This document shows, piece after piece, positions 36,998 through 50,089 of a DNA stretch of 64,000 bases. Origin of the DNA: Pseudovirgaria hyperparasitica (lineage: Eukaryota); NCBI GenBank assembly GCA_010093815.1, contig ML996569.1. One strand, given 5' to 3'. Below the pieces are notes generated by a model, which saw only the letters and a list, made by a program, of their open reading frames with translations, was not told where the DNA came from and ran no database searches. The position numbers and the translations under genes were made by a program. Every line of letters starts with the position of its first letter. Positions within the stretch are counted from its first letter, which is position 1.

Positions 36998-38048
36998 TTA
37001 AACCAACTTTGAGGTAACATTCGAGAACTCTCCCTTCTCCAACTTCGTCTTCCAGAAGATCGGATTAGTGTCGTTGAAGCCATGCTTGACCCAGCCATCC
37101 TCCTTGACGTGGTACAGGTTGATAAAACCACCCGAAAAAGCATCACGATGGGTAGCGGCCAGAATGCTGCGACGGCCTAGCTCCAGTGCCTCCTCCTCGG
37201 TTAGGTCATATTTGTATTCGGCGTCGAGCACACCGTAAGCAAATGTTTGACCAGAGCCAACACAAAACAGATTGCCAGAGAGACGCGTACCGTCACTGTC
37301 AATGTAATATAGTGCGGGTCCTTCTTGGGGTGTCACACCAGCGCACATAGTACCCTATAAGATGAGTGAGTCAGTATTGAACGCTAAGGTGATGAATGCT
37401 ATGGGGATTGGTCTCAGAAGTATCTTACCATGCTCAAGCCCATACCCTTGTATGAATAGACAAGGTTGGCGAGGATCTTGGAGGCTGCAGCAACCGATAT
37501 GCGACGCTTGTGACGGAGCTCGTGGAGGCGACATTGCATGCCTAGGTATGCGAGCCAGTATTGACAGTCCTATAACCCGATATCAGTCAATCTACCTCCA
37601 GACCTTAAATATAGTTTCATAACAACGTACAGCAGCACCACCAGCCATAGTTCCCAACAAACAGCTGTTGATCTCGATAACCTTCTTGACTGTCTGACTG
37701 GCTATCCAATTTCCAGCCGTTGCTCTTGAATCTGTAGCGACTATGATTCCACCCTGGAAGCGGAAGGCCAGCGTGGTGGTTCCGTGGGCAATCTTGATGG
37801 GGCAGTTCGGGTTGGAGTAGTCGTCGGTCATTGCTCGAAGCCATGATGATGACTGGAGGTGAGATATTGTTAGCTGTGGCATTACTAGCTATGTAGCTCC
37901 CCGGTGTTCTTACCTGAGCCACTGGAGGTAGTGCAAACTTCAGGGAGAGAGGAGGAGTGATTTGGGTTATGAGCTGTTGATCGTCGTCCTGCGCATAGCC
38001 CTCATTCTCGAATGCTGGCCGGCTGTACTGAGCTACTAAAGTGTCCAT
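36998..38048 (-). CDS. PRE2: 20S proteasome subunit beta-5
   Basis: Propeptide then [64 protein letters not shown]; three introns. Confidence 0.97.
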
Positions 38049-38772
38049 GGCGAATGATGTCAAGGTTTAGCAGGGAACGACTAAAGGGGAGCTAAAGACA
38101 GCGAGATGTATAGAAGTAAGCCGAGGGTTTATACAAGACAGGATTCTTTTAGTTGAGGTGGTGGTAGATGAGCTGCTCGATCTTCAAGTTCCGTTAGGCA
38201 TAGGAGCGCGTCACGGTAGGTAGAGCTTCACGTAAGCAACTCGAGCCTTGCCAAGCCATCCATCTCACTAACGAACATCCAACGTCAATCGATACACATA
38301 ATGATATGATCAAAATGATCAAGCACAGCTCAAATGTCCTTACCAAACAAAGCCCGAATTCCACTATCCATTCAAACTTGGAAGCGCTCCTCACTTTTGA
38401 TCCAGGTCACATTTATCGGCCCTTGAAATGATCCACAATTAGGAATACCATCTATTCTATACCTGGCATTCTGTTCTCCAATATTATCATGGTTTCTTCC
38501 ATTCTAATAGTCTCCAAGACCTCTAGGCTGGCTATTCAATCATGAACTCATTGCAATGAAGCTGTTCTTATGTCGAATTTCCGTTCTGTCTGTGCCATCT
38601 ATTTCGAAGAACAATTACGTTATTCCATAAATGCTTCCACTATCGCTGTATGAGCAGCCATCCCAAGACTGTGACGCGAATTGGCGAATTCCTGCATCAC
38701 ATCTCCTTGTCCACAACCACATATCCAATCATATCTCGATACTCTCAGATGGAGTTTTTTATTTTACTGCAG

Positions 38773-39934
38773 CTAGATGTCATCCACATCCATCTCGCTG
38801 GCAGAGTCCACCGTTGGCTGGGTTTGCTGAGGCCGAGAATTCGAATCCTGCCTGATGTAGTTGGCCCTTCTCAAGTGTCGTGGAGCGTCCCATCCTAAAA
38901 CCACTCGGTTACATTTATCAGTTGCCCCTGGCCGGGCGATAATGTTTCCTTTGAGTTCATGCTTTACCATTAGACCTCTTCTGAATCTTGCCTCGTTGGT
39001 GCCGTATCTTGGGTCGTGTTTTGGGTCACGCAAGTGTGCGGGATTTGGCTTATCGAGGTCGTCTTTGTCTCCCTGGCCTATCCGACGCATAGTGAAGAAT
39101 TGGAAGTCAATGAGGCCTGTATCGAGATCATCTGAGTTTCTGGAATCGATCTTTGTGTCTTTTGTGGCGAATTCTTTCAGCAAACGACCTGCTGCTGTTC
39201 TTGATGCATCAAATGGTGCTGTCAGTGCATCTTGCACGTCCAGTCGAAGTACAGGTTCCATCGGACCATCGATGATGGCATTCTTGACGCCACGGATTTC
39301 GAACAAAGCCTGAAAGAATTGCTTTTCGACCGATTGGATAGGATAGTTCCTGTACGTTTCAATGCTTTTGAGCGTTGGAAGGGTGGTTGCAATAGCATGG
39401 AGATCTCTTTCTTTGCCATGGAATCTCTTCAGTTCTAGCTGGGAGTCAGAAGAGAAAGCTATAGTATCAATATACGGTACCTGGTGGCGCAAATTCAGAT
39501 CCAGCAGCGGATACAAGGGTGTAAGTCCGTCTTGTGAAAAGAGTGTTTCCTTCAACAACGATTCTCAAGGTATCCAGCTTATGACGCGATTCGTGATTGC
39601 GTGGGCATCCCCAGGCATCACGGGCCTGCAGCGGGGATAGAGCGATGGCAAGAAGGTCATCCTGAGCTTCGTCCCAGTCGGCGCCATTGACAACTATAGT
39701 GAGACTGCGAATCTTGCCGAATGTAGGGTTCTGTGAGGATCTAACAAATTCACAGAGTTCCTCGAAGGAGGTACTGATACAAACTAGATCACATCCCGTC
39801 AAGTCCTTGGCTTTGACTTCGCCAGGTCGCTCACTCATCGCTCCAAGACGGCTGTGTTCGATATATTTGCTTTTATTGATGTCGTGGCGTTGTTGCGCCT
39901 CAAGTAGGTCTTCGTATCGTGAACGACAGGTCAT
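38773..39934 (-). CDS. Hypothetical protein (two ORFs joined by intron 39435-39480)
   Basis: GTACCG donor, CTGAC branch and CTAG acceptor join ORF 39467-39934 in frame to ORF 38773-39558 (..PPE|LKRF..). The 5' end may extend upstream. Confidence 0.7.
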
Positions 39935-40744
39935 GCTGGTTGAATGTCAACCAATCTATACCCAGTTGTTGAAATGTTGAAATTGTCATTTGTGGAAAGG
40001 AGAGCTCTCGAGTGGGATTAAAGTGAAAAATCCCGTCGCTTCACGCAGCAGAAGTGACGTCTGTGTGCAACTAGTGTGATCTCTATTAGTTATTCAAAAA
40101 CAAATAGGACAGTGAACGCCAGTAAGGCATCCTCGGGAACAAAGTTTCGCCTTCCTATGGTGGCTTTCCTCTGGGCGAGACGTAGCTAGTGGCTGTTGAT
40201 ATACACACATTCCTAATCAGATCTGATCGAAAGTCTAACAGTGTGGCTCTTGTGTTTACTACGCCTCTATCCAACTATTTACTCATACGAGTATCACCAG
40301 TTCGAGGTTTGTTCACAATTATATAGGAAATGACAGTCAGTCACTCAGTTTCTGGTACCCAAAAACTCATGCAACGGATCTGAGTAACGTTTCCCTGCCT
40401 CGTTACCGTTTCTCGCCCCTTTGGTCTGATAGAGTTCGTCACATGGACAAGGAGACGTTTGTTTGCTCCACATGCATGGTAATGGCCTTTCGATGTGTGG
40501 TTGTATTGTGATCAAACACCCATGGCAGTATCCCTGTGTTCGTTTGGTCGCTCTACAGTGTGTGGCACTAACAGTGACGATGTTCGACTACGCTAGGACG
40601 CATTGTGATCTTCTACTCTGATTCATTTACGGAACGCTATAGTAATTCATCGTAACATTGAACTCTCACGGTATTCGACCTTTATATAAGCTTCGTTCCT
40701 GGACCGAGCCAAGTACGAGGTCTATCATGTCAAACAGGTTGTTT

Positions 40745-42596
40745 TTACCTTTTGTCCGTTCGTTCATATGCGCGCCACCAAAGACCCATATTGGCAGCCA
40801 CAACGAGATCCATCATCTGGAGCCCCACATCTTCGATTATGAGTTTTCCTAGCTTGGCCTGCTTCCCTCCAAATCCACCACCAGCCGTTTCTTGCCCCAG
40901 GGCCAGGTCCATCTTTTCGTTTTCGTGCATACTCGCGCGTGTAGACTCTGCCAATGATCCAGCAAGCTTAGACTTGCCAAAGAGAGACCTTCTCTTTGAA
41001 GACCCATCGTCGGAAGTCTGTCGTGAATGCATCTTACTGAAGGCATTTGGGAGGTTGAAACGTAACTCACTAACTGATGTGAGTATTGGTGTACGACCAC
41101 CGTTAGCATTTGATATGTGTATACACTGTGAATATGTTAGCAGAAAGTAGACATTGCCGTTGTGCACAGCCAGCTCATACCCGAAGCGAGCCCCCTCCTC
41201 CACTAGTCACAAATTCACACCTTGTCCTCCAAGGAGTCTCAAATGCGTATCCTTTGAACGTTGTTGTCCTGGCTGAATCGTCTGAGACAAGATAGCCCTG
41301 AGCGTCTCTAACTAAAGGACCATTTTCAAAATTATTACCCACGCCTGTCTCTGAAGTATCCGACCGTTTCTTCCTATGCCCAAAGGCCGGGTCTGTGAAC
41401 CTCGCTCCCTCCATCCACAGTCGTCTTCGGAAGATTATTTGTGGTATCTCCATGGTATCACTATGTATGCTTGTTCTATCCGGTACTCGCTCAACATCTG
41501 TGACAAACTTTGAGTAGCCAGGATTTGATATATCGAGGCATATAGGAGTTCCTACACGCTTGCTTTTTTGGCTTGTCCAAGACTGTGATGATGAAGATGA
41601 TGATACACCATGAAGAGGTATATCAAGAACCTTGCCCACGTTCCACTGGTTACCCGACGCCGGGTCTCTCCTGATCAGCGTAAGAGAGATACCTGGCTCC
41701 TGTACCTGGGAAGTATTCTGATTTTCGAGCCCACTATCTTGTGAATGCTCGGGTCTCATTCGAACATCACGTCGCTGTTCTTCTGTGGTGGAACTTCTGG
41801 AAGAAAGCCCTAGGCCATGTTTGTTCGTTCCTGGCCTCACGTTCTCTGGTAGAACCCGTGATTGATATTCCTGAGGGGCCACTGCTGGTAATGGTTGAAA
41901 AGAACTACGCTGATGCGAGAGTGTATGTGGGTCGAGCCCCTGAGACCCAGTGCTACCTAGAAAATCATCGAATGTCACTGACGAGTGCTTCGGATTCGAT
42001 GTTCCTGAAGCTATAGGCTTTCGAGTAAAAGCTGCAGAGGATACATTGTGCTGAGTCTCTACATCTGTCCGACTGGTAAGCAGACCTGAGCTAGGTTTGC
42101 CAGAGAAACGTTGAGGATCAACGTGCAAGGGACGACTCGGATGTCCTGGGCGCTCCGCTCTCAAGAAGTCGTTCGCGAGGGGTCGAGCAGGAAGCATAGG
42201 CTTCCGGGTCAAGATATCTGATGAAGGCGGTTTATCGCTCTCTTCGACGGTAGATTCGTCACAGGAACCATCGGAAGACTTTAACAGACTTCCATCACCG
42301 GGCCGATCCACGTGTATATAATACAACGAACTTTGCACATCCTCCGCAGTTACAACTTTATCTCTGGGTTTCATTGGAGACAAAAACACGTCTGCAGAGC
42401 CGTCAGCCACATGTCGCTTGTAATACTTGGACAGCAGACCTCTACTTCCAGGCACACGAGCAATGTACAACACTAGTGGAGGATGTCTATCGTGCCGTGT
42501 GGTCGCCAGATTCTGTGGAGGATTTGACGCAAGGTCAGTTAAAAGAGACAGAGATTTAGCCTCTATAGGCGTAGAATTCTCAATAGGGCCTTCCAT
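40745..42596 (-). CDS. Conserved-looking fungal hypothetical protein
   Basis: Long ORFs joined by introns; motifs LYIARVPGSR, LTLIRRDPASGNQWNVG, GYAFETPW..CEF, LGQE.AGGG.GGKQAKLGKLII..DLVVAANM. Confidence 0.8.
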
Positions 42597-43251
42597 CAAG
42601 AGCTGCGGTCAGTTGTGTCAGATGTCTTTCAAATTGGATTAAAGAGAATATCTAGACAGAAGTGGCGACTAGGGCGTCTATGAGCTAGGCAAGCGGACTT
42701 GATATCTGATTTACGACTGAGATATATTCAGAATACTGATGTTCGTGTTTAGTGGTCTGAAGAATGCTCGCGAGGTTGTATGAAGTTTAAGGGCGGACGT
42801 GGACGTGGCTTAGCATCTTAGAACTATCTATGGATGGATTGCTTGGTCAATGCCGCGCGTGCCTCAATGCCGATCACTACGGCAAGTCAAGAGTCATTGG
42901 AGGCTTCATTGGGATCCCGCGATCTCCGTAAATAGTTCTAATGTTTACCTCGCAATGGATGAGAACCAAAATTAATGCGATGCCTTTGTTGATACAAGAA
43001 AGAAGACCAGCCCGTCGTCCTCAGTGCTAACCTGCACCGGCTAGTGCGCCAAGATTTCACACCATTCCACACCCCGGCCGCACACCGCCTACGCCCGCAT
43101 TTCGAGAAAACTATTCTGCTACGTCGGCAACACTCTAAGATTGTCGCAGCTCGACCTCCGCCCTTGAAGAATTCGATACACCTGTCAAGCTCCTCATTGT
43201 ATCGACTTCCAAGGTTGCGTGTGGTTCTAGTCTCACTTAGCAGCATCCGAT

Positions 43252-44950
43252 ATGGCCGACGATCTTGAGGTTCGTAGTGGCCTGCTCCTCATATTAGCGA
43301 TCCTAGATACATGTTAACTCGTCTACCAGGCTCGTCTCAATAGCCATGCTCGATCTTTCGAGGGCTTGATGTCACTTCTACCATCAGAAGCATACTACGG
43401 TCAAGAGAAGAGCGTGAGCCTCCATACTGCTGCTGCTATGCTGACGCAAGCTAACACATGACGATCTGCAGAAGAAACAATTGAAGAGAGAGAAGCGTGC
43501 GAAAACACAAGCAACCGAACGTATCGAACTAGAGGAATCGGATCGCAAGCGAAAACGACAGCCTGAAGGTGAAGGCTCTAGCGATGTTGAAGGCTTCGAA
43601 AAGGAGAAGCCACGAGAAGCGACGAAGCCCACGATGAAGAAGCACAAAAAAGAGAACGCTCCCAAAATTGTGACTGAACAACCGAGCGCTACATCAGATG
43701 AGGGCACTGTTGCCGAGAAGGATGTAAAGCGCAAGGCGAAGATCGAAAAACAGAAGGAGAAGGCTGAAAAGCAGAAGGCAAAGCTCCTGGAGAAACAGCA
43801 ACGTCGAAAAGAGCAAGAAGCCAAGTTGCAGGAGACTGTACAGGATACAGGAGCGCCCTCGAAAATGATCAGCAGGGCTCCGACTAGTGTTTCGCCTGGC
43901 ATAGTCCAGGATTCAGAGATAAGCTGCAATGAATCTGAGGTTCTAAAGTCCAACAAAGAACCAGCGGCGGATACATCTCGGGACGACGATGATGATATGG
44001 ACAAAATCGATCTAAAAGACCTGGGCGAGGATGACGATGCAGCCGCATCTACAGCTCCCTCGACCCCCCGTGCAGAATCACCAGCCTCTGATATACCATC
44101 CACCTCGTCATCTTCATCTATTGTGCCACCAGCGTCTGATGCCATACCACAGAAATCCCTAAAATCGAAGTCTAAACTGCGCACGATCGACAACGAAGCA
44201 AGAGAGCGACTACGGGCTCGTATTGAACAACTTCGTAGCGCCCGCAAAGCCGATGGCATCGATGGTAAGCCAGCCAAGAATCGTCAAGAACTTCTCGAAG
44301 CGAGGCGACGGAAGCAAGATGAGAGGAAAGCCCATAAGAAGGAGATGCGAAAGCAATCTCGAGATAAAGAGGAAGAGCAAAAGCTTGCCGCAGAGGCAGA
44401 ATTGGCACGGCTGAGGGGTTCAGGATCTCCTCTCACCGGCTCTGACATGTTTTCGCCTAGAACTGAAAACAATTTCCTTTTTGGCCGAGTTGCATTTGAC
44501 GATGGCAAGCAGCTAGATCCAACTATGTCATCATTCCGGGACTCTACAAAGAAGAAGGGCCCTGGTGATACTCGGACTATCTTGAAAACTGCAGAGAAGA
44601 AGCAAGCACATCTGAAAGGCCTGGATGAAACACAGCGAAAGGATCTCGAAGAGAAAGACGCATGGCTGAATGCGAAGAAGAAAGCGCATGGAGAGAAGGT
44701 TCGGGACGATACATCTTTATTGAAGAAAACTCTGAAGCGCCAGGATAAGCAGAAGGGGAAGAGTGAGAAAGAGTGGACGGAGAGAATTGATGGAGTTCAG
44801 AAGGGTATAGAAATGCGACAGAAGAAGCGCGAGGAGAATCTCAAGAAACGCAGAGATGGAAAGGGAGTGAAGAATAAGAAAATCAAGAAGCCGAGCAAGA
44901 AGCCGAAGAGTCGTCCTGGTTTCGAAGGCAGCTTTCGATCCAAAAAATGA
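43252..44950 (+). CDS. RRP14: Ribosome biogenesis protein Rrp14/SURF6
   Basis: MADDLE|ARLNSHARSFEGLMSLLP..YY (RRP14 N domain); Lys/Glu-rich; SURF6 C-terminus AHGEKVRDDTSLLKKTLKRQ..W..R..RPGFEG. Confidence 0.9.
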
Positions 44951-45209
44951 TCACCCCTTGGAGCATTGTCCAAGGAGTTGAAACGGTAGATTCTCATTTT
45001 CAGCTACATAGCATTATGCGCGGCGCTAGGGAGCGGTCCATGGCATTGTATCACAAAGCAAAAAGTGCCAATTCTCGTCCATTCGAGTACAAAAGAGACG
45101 TACTGTTTATCATTGCAATGTAGAGAATTGGAGGGGCGCATTTGGAGGGGCGCCCAGCCTGTTCGTCATGTTATATACATATTGCATCTTAGTTTTTGAT
45201 ACATGTGTG

Positions 45210-45952
45210 TTATCTGTATGGAGCATCTGCTCGCGCCACCGCGGCCAATTCAGGCTCCCATTTGTCGCCATTTGCAAGCAGCTTTTCCTTGTTGTACAAT
45301 AGCTCTTCTCTTGTCTCTGTGGCATACTCCGCATTCGGACCCTCAACAATAGCGTCCACCGGGCAGCTTTCTTGACAGAACCCACAGTAGATGCATTTCG
45401 TCATGTCAATATCGTATCTCGTTGTTCTTCTGCTTCCGTCTTCTCGTTCCTCTGCTTCGATTGTGATAGCTTGGGCTGGGCAAATGGCCTCGCACAGCTT
45501 GCAGGCAATGCACCTCTCTTCGCCTGTGGGATACCGCCGTAGAGCGTGCTCACCGCGGAAGCGGGGCGAAATGGGACCTTTCTCGAAAGGATAGAAGATC
45601 GTATATCTGGAAGGCTTCAGTCCAATTTCAAAGACACCCCCAGCTTGCCATTGCCTCTCTGGGCTCGGATAACTTACGGTGCTCGAAAAAACTGTTCCAG
45701 CACAACCCACATTCCTCGGAACATCTCAGTGAGCAGGAAGTATTTTCCAGCTTTGTCCAACGAGCTTTCGCCTTCATCCCATTGCTTTGGTGCTGGGATG
45801 CGGAATCCCGACGGTGGGCGTCCACTACCTGAGGCATTACGAGCGGCAGAGGTCGTGAAGAAAGCGGCGAGTAGACGTTGTTGGGCGGGCGAGGAGGCAA
45901 AAATGCTGGGGCGACTGCGCACCAGCATCATCAGTGGCCTCGCGCTGGCCAT
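45210..45952 (-). CDS. NDUFS8: NADH:ubiquinone oxidoreductase 23-kDa Fe-S subunit (TYKY)
   Basis: Mitochondrial presequence; [21 protein letters not shown], two 4Fe-4S motifs [12 protein letters not shown] and [12 protein letters not shown]; one intron. Confidence 0.97.
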
Positions 45953-46410
45953 AGTGAGTGCTGTGCAGGTGTGGAAGAGCAGTGGTGGATCGAATTGGTT
46001 GTGGCGACGATATTCGCTCTTGAATGATGCCCTGACCCGTGAGGTTGACTTTCGCGAGCTCTGTTAGTCAGATCGATTTGGCCCGTTTCTGATAGGTCGA
46101 AATTATCTGCAGCTCTTTTACAATGCACCACCTCAGCATATCTCAATAGTAGATTACTGCGAATTGAGACACTGTATATCGAATCCAAATCGTGTGTCTC
46201 TAAGCAAGAATACAGATAGACACATGATTGTAGCTAAAGTGGTCACGTGATTATCTCGTACTGACGCTTTGACTATATAGCGCTTCTTTGATTTTAGCTA
46301 CTCAATACGTCTGATCATTGCAGGGCCGCCGAGAGACCTTCCATCCGCATTCGCACCACCAGCATCACCAGCACCGCAAACCTCTCCGAACAATTCAAAA
46401 CTTAGATAAG

Positions 46411-47085
46411 ATGATGCGAAACATCATTACTAAGTCCGCGCGAAATGCTGCTCGATCGACGCAGCAATGGCAAGCACCTATAACTCGCCCCGTTGCGCGA
46501 AGCTTTCTCCAACCACAACAGTTCTCTTCTGCGATCACTTCACAGGCCATCCGTTTCTACTCCGCCCACAGTGGTCTATCACAAGATGAAATCCAAGGAA
46601 GGATCTTGGACCTTCTAAAGAATTTTGACAAAGTGTGTACTGAGAGCAACAAGAATGGATGATCGAGGTTCAGAGCTAATGTAGTTATTGCAGGTCAAGG
46701 ACGCCTCAAAGGTACGACAAAACCAATACTTGACCAATATTCAGAGACTCATTTCACATAGCTCGCACCTAACTCTCACTTCTCGAACGACCTTGGTCTG
46801 GATAGTCTTGACACTGTGGAGGTTGTGATGGCCATTGAAGAGGTACGGATATCAGACAGAGATCAAGGTCTTGGGTTAATGTGAACAGGAATTCAGTATT
46901 GAGATCCCAGACAAGGAAGCGGACGCGATTCACAGCGGTACGTAATTCCAATACTACCGATGGTGCATATATTGACCTTCTGCAGTGGACAAGGCCGTTA
47001 GCTACATTGCCGCTCAACCAGATGGTAAGTCCAATCTGAAACCCTTATACTGGACGTTCTGATCTAATATATTCTAGCTCACTGA
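46411..47085 (+). CDS. ACP1: Mitochondrial acyl carrier protein (complex I SDAP/NDUFAB1)
   Basis: Presequence ..RFYS; LLKNFDK|VKDASK|..DLGLDSLDTVEVVMAIEE|EFSIEIPDKEADAIHS|VDKAV..QPD|AH*; phosphopantetheine site DSL; five introns. Confidence 0.95.
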
Positions 47086-47649
47086 AAGATGTGTCAAATT
47101 AAAGTGCAGTCGTACCTTGAATGGCGTGGAGGCCCTTAACCTACTGGTATGAGGGTGTATCGTGAATAATTCTGAGATCAAACATCCGCATGTATAAAAC
47201 TCTGCGCGGAATACTGGCTTGCTGTATGTATTATCATCTAGAGAGCAATGAGAGTACTCTCCCTCTGCAGCACGCGCTTGGGCGACGATGTGACCTTCAA
47301 ATCTGTATTGCATGACCTGGGCAGGGCGCGCGGTACCTACCTAGGTAGCGGGATCTGATGCCAAGACACATTTTGACAAGCCGCTCGAAGCTGAGCCATG
47401 GTGTGTCTTCTACAAATACGCCAGGCTGATGTCCAACATCTGTGTGACTACGTAACCTCCTATTTACTGAATTGTGTCATTGATCACTACGTTCGCTTTT
47501 CTATTTCTGTATATCGCAATACCTCCCTCCTTCACACCTCGGCGAACGCGATCCCTTATCCCAAGCTAGTCCCAAAAGTCGCCCGTGCCCGGTACTCCAT
47601 ATAAGCGGTCTGCAAAAAGTTGACACTCAACACAAAGCTCGGCCACCAT

Positions 47650-48866
47650 ATGGCATCGTCATCAGGGCTTACCCGCCGAAGAGGTGGAGGTGGAGGCATC
47701 GATGGCGAGGATGGCAGTCGCGTCAGTTCTCCTGCGCCTAAGAGACCAGAAGACAGGGCACCGGAAACATCATACGAAAGTTCAGAGAACGGACACAAGA
47801 TCGCATTCGACCCACGGGATATTAGTGAAAATGCTGAAAGAAGCAAACAACCCAAGCTCACATTGATGGAGGAAGTGCTGCTTATGGGCCTCAAGGACAA
47901 GCAGGTTGCTCACCCTTGAGACTTACTGCTGGCTCCAAGCTAATATCCATTCTCAAAAGGGCTATCTGTCGTTCTGGAACGACAACATCTCATACGCTCT
48001 TCGTGGTTGCATCGTAATTGAGCTTGCGTTACGTGGTCGTGTGAGCATGCAAAAAGACTCCTCCCGACGTCGTTTCCCCCTGGCCGACCGCGTTATTGAG
48101 GTGGTAGATGATACCCTCACCGGCGAGGTGCTACTGGACGAAGCGCTCAAAATGATGAAGTCCAGTGAAAAGATGAGTGTGAATTCGTGGATAGATCTTA
48201 TGAGCGGTAGGTCATGATGCAATATATTGCCGTTCCTCTACCATGTCGCTAATTCGGTTCTACACATAGGAGAAACTTGGAATTTGATGAAGATCGGCTA
48301 TCAATTGAAACAAGTTCGCGAAAGACTGGCGAAAGGGCTCGTTGACAAAGGCATTCTGCGCACGGAGAAACGCAACTTCTTACTCTTTGATATGGCTACA
48401 CATCCTGTCGCAGATGGGGGTGCTAAAGAAGAGATTCGTAGGCGTGTTCGCAACATTCTCACCAGCCGAACAGTCGTCCTACAAGGAAGCCAATTTCTGC
48501 CTGAAGAAACCGAGTTCAGATACCTACGAACTATCTCGATGGTATGTGCTGCTTATGCTGCCAATGTTCTGGAAAATGCTCTTTCGACACTAGGACACGA
48601 AGCTAGAGAACGGGCATTTGCACAAGTAGATGAACTCCTTGCAGAATACTCACAATGGCCTTTCACTCGAAGGTCTGGAGGCTCCGGCGGTGTTGGCGCG
48701 AACCTCGCGCAGGTCGTCAACGAGGAGATCAACAATAATAAGGACAGAGAGCTTCAAGTCGAGGTATGTTCATATGAGTATTCCCAGTTCCCAGCTCATG
48801 CTAAACTCTCAACAGGTCGTCGCGGCATGCTTAAGCGTTTTCACTCGCCTTGACTCCCTTCTCTAA
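47650..48866 (+). CDS. VPS74: Golgi phosphoprotein 3 / Vps74
   Basis: MASSSGLTRRR, LTLMEEVLLMGLKDKQ|GYLSFWND, ETWNLMKIGYQLKQVRERLAKGLVDKG, FLLFDMATHP; three introns. Confidence 0.96.
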
Positions 48867-50089
48867 GCGGCGACTACATTTCTATAGGCACTATCTGTGC
48901 ATCATAGGAAGGACCTCTTATTTGAGGGCATTTCGATATGAGCCAAAATCAAATCTAAGAGGCATAATAGATGTACACTCGGGTCAGTCCTTCTAAGGCC
49001 TTCTTTTGGGGACTAGGAACCTTTGGCGGGACAAGCATGTTCACTGGGTACAACTAGGCCTCGAGACATATTTCACGGTGGTTCCTCTTCTAGATTGCAA
49101 GTGTTTGCAGTATGGTTCCGCAAGGCGCCCGGGGCAAATGGCGATTCGTCCGGTGTATTACGTATGGAGCAGAACTTGTTACCAGTCCCGTCGCTCACCG
49201 TGATATTGTATGACTGACTTACTATGTGTTCGTTCTTGGCACTCCTGATTCGCTGTCGAGTCGCGACTATTATCACGTGACCTGGTAATCTGCGACTCGT
49301 ATATTGCTAATGCTGCCATACTCGATTGAGAGTCTGCGCAAAGGGAGTAATTATCTCCAATCTAGTAGAGTAGCGACGGAATGTCGAGGTGGTCGCCGAG
49401 AGCATATGCACCTGTAGACGAGGCTTTGTTGCAGGTGACTTGACTGATTACCGTATTACCCTTAGCGCCCCTTACCTTTCGGCTTCCCTTCGCCGCAGAA
49501 CCCGATCGCCATCGCCATCGCCATCGCCCAAACATCAGACCGCCCATACGGACAGGAATTTTAGTGTGCTCTGCGTCACATCCGGGAGGCTGACCTGACT
49601 TTTTGTTTTTTTGCGACCAAAGCCACTTGGTTAATCCCGCCCTCGCTCAGTTCGCTCCTCAACCAAATTGTCTGTGGGGTGGAGGAAATCCGTCCGCTCC
49701 GCCCGTCCAGCCCTCGCTAGGTTGCTGCGTCCTTGCTCTCAGCTGCCCATCCCATCCGCTCCACCCAGCTACACCTACCACCTGCCTGCTGCCCCTTTAC
49801 GCCGAGCCTGGATTAGACGCAAATGTGCCGCGTTCTGGTATGTATACTCCTGCTTGTCGTTCCCACGCTCCCTTCGTCTTAGGCCGTTGATGGTCTTGTT
49901 TGCGAGTCGCGTCACCCATGTCATCCATCTCCTCAATTCTGCATCTTCGCGCTGGGCGCAATGGCTTGTTGCGACGACGTCTTTGATAACATTACGTTGC
50001 TGACCGCGTCTCCAGCCGACTCGCGCACTGTAAACACATCTTCAGCCTATCACAGGTTTCCATAAAAGCTGTATACCTATTCCTACACA

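Noticed and set aside
43384..44277. 297-aa antisense ORF
   Set aside because: Shadow of the Lys/Glu-rich RRP14 coding strand.
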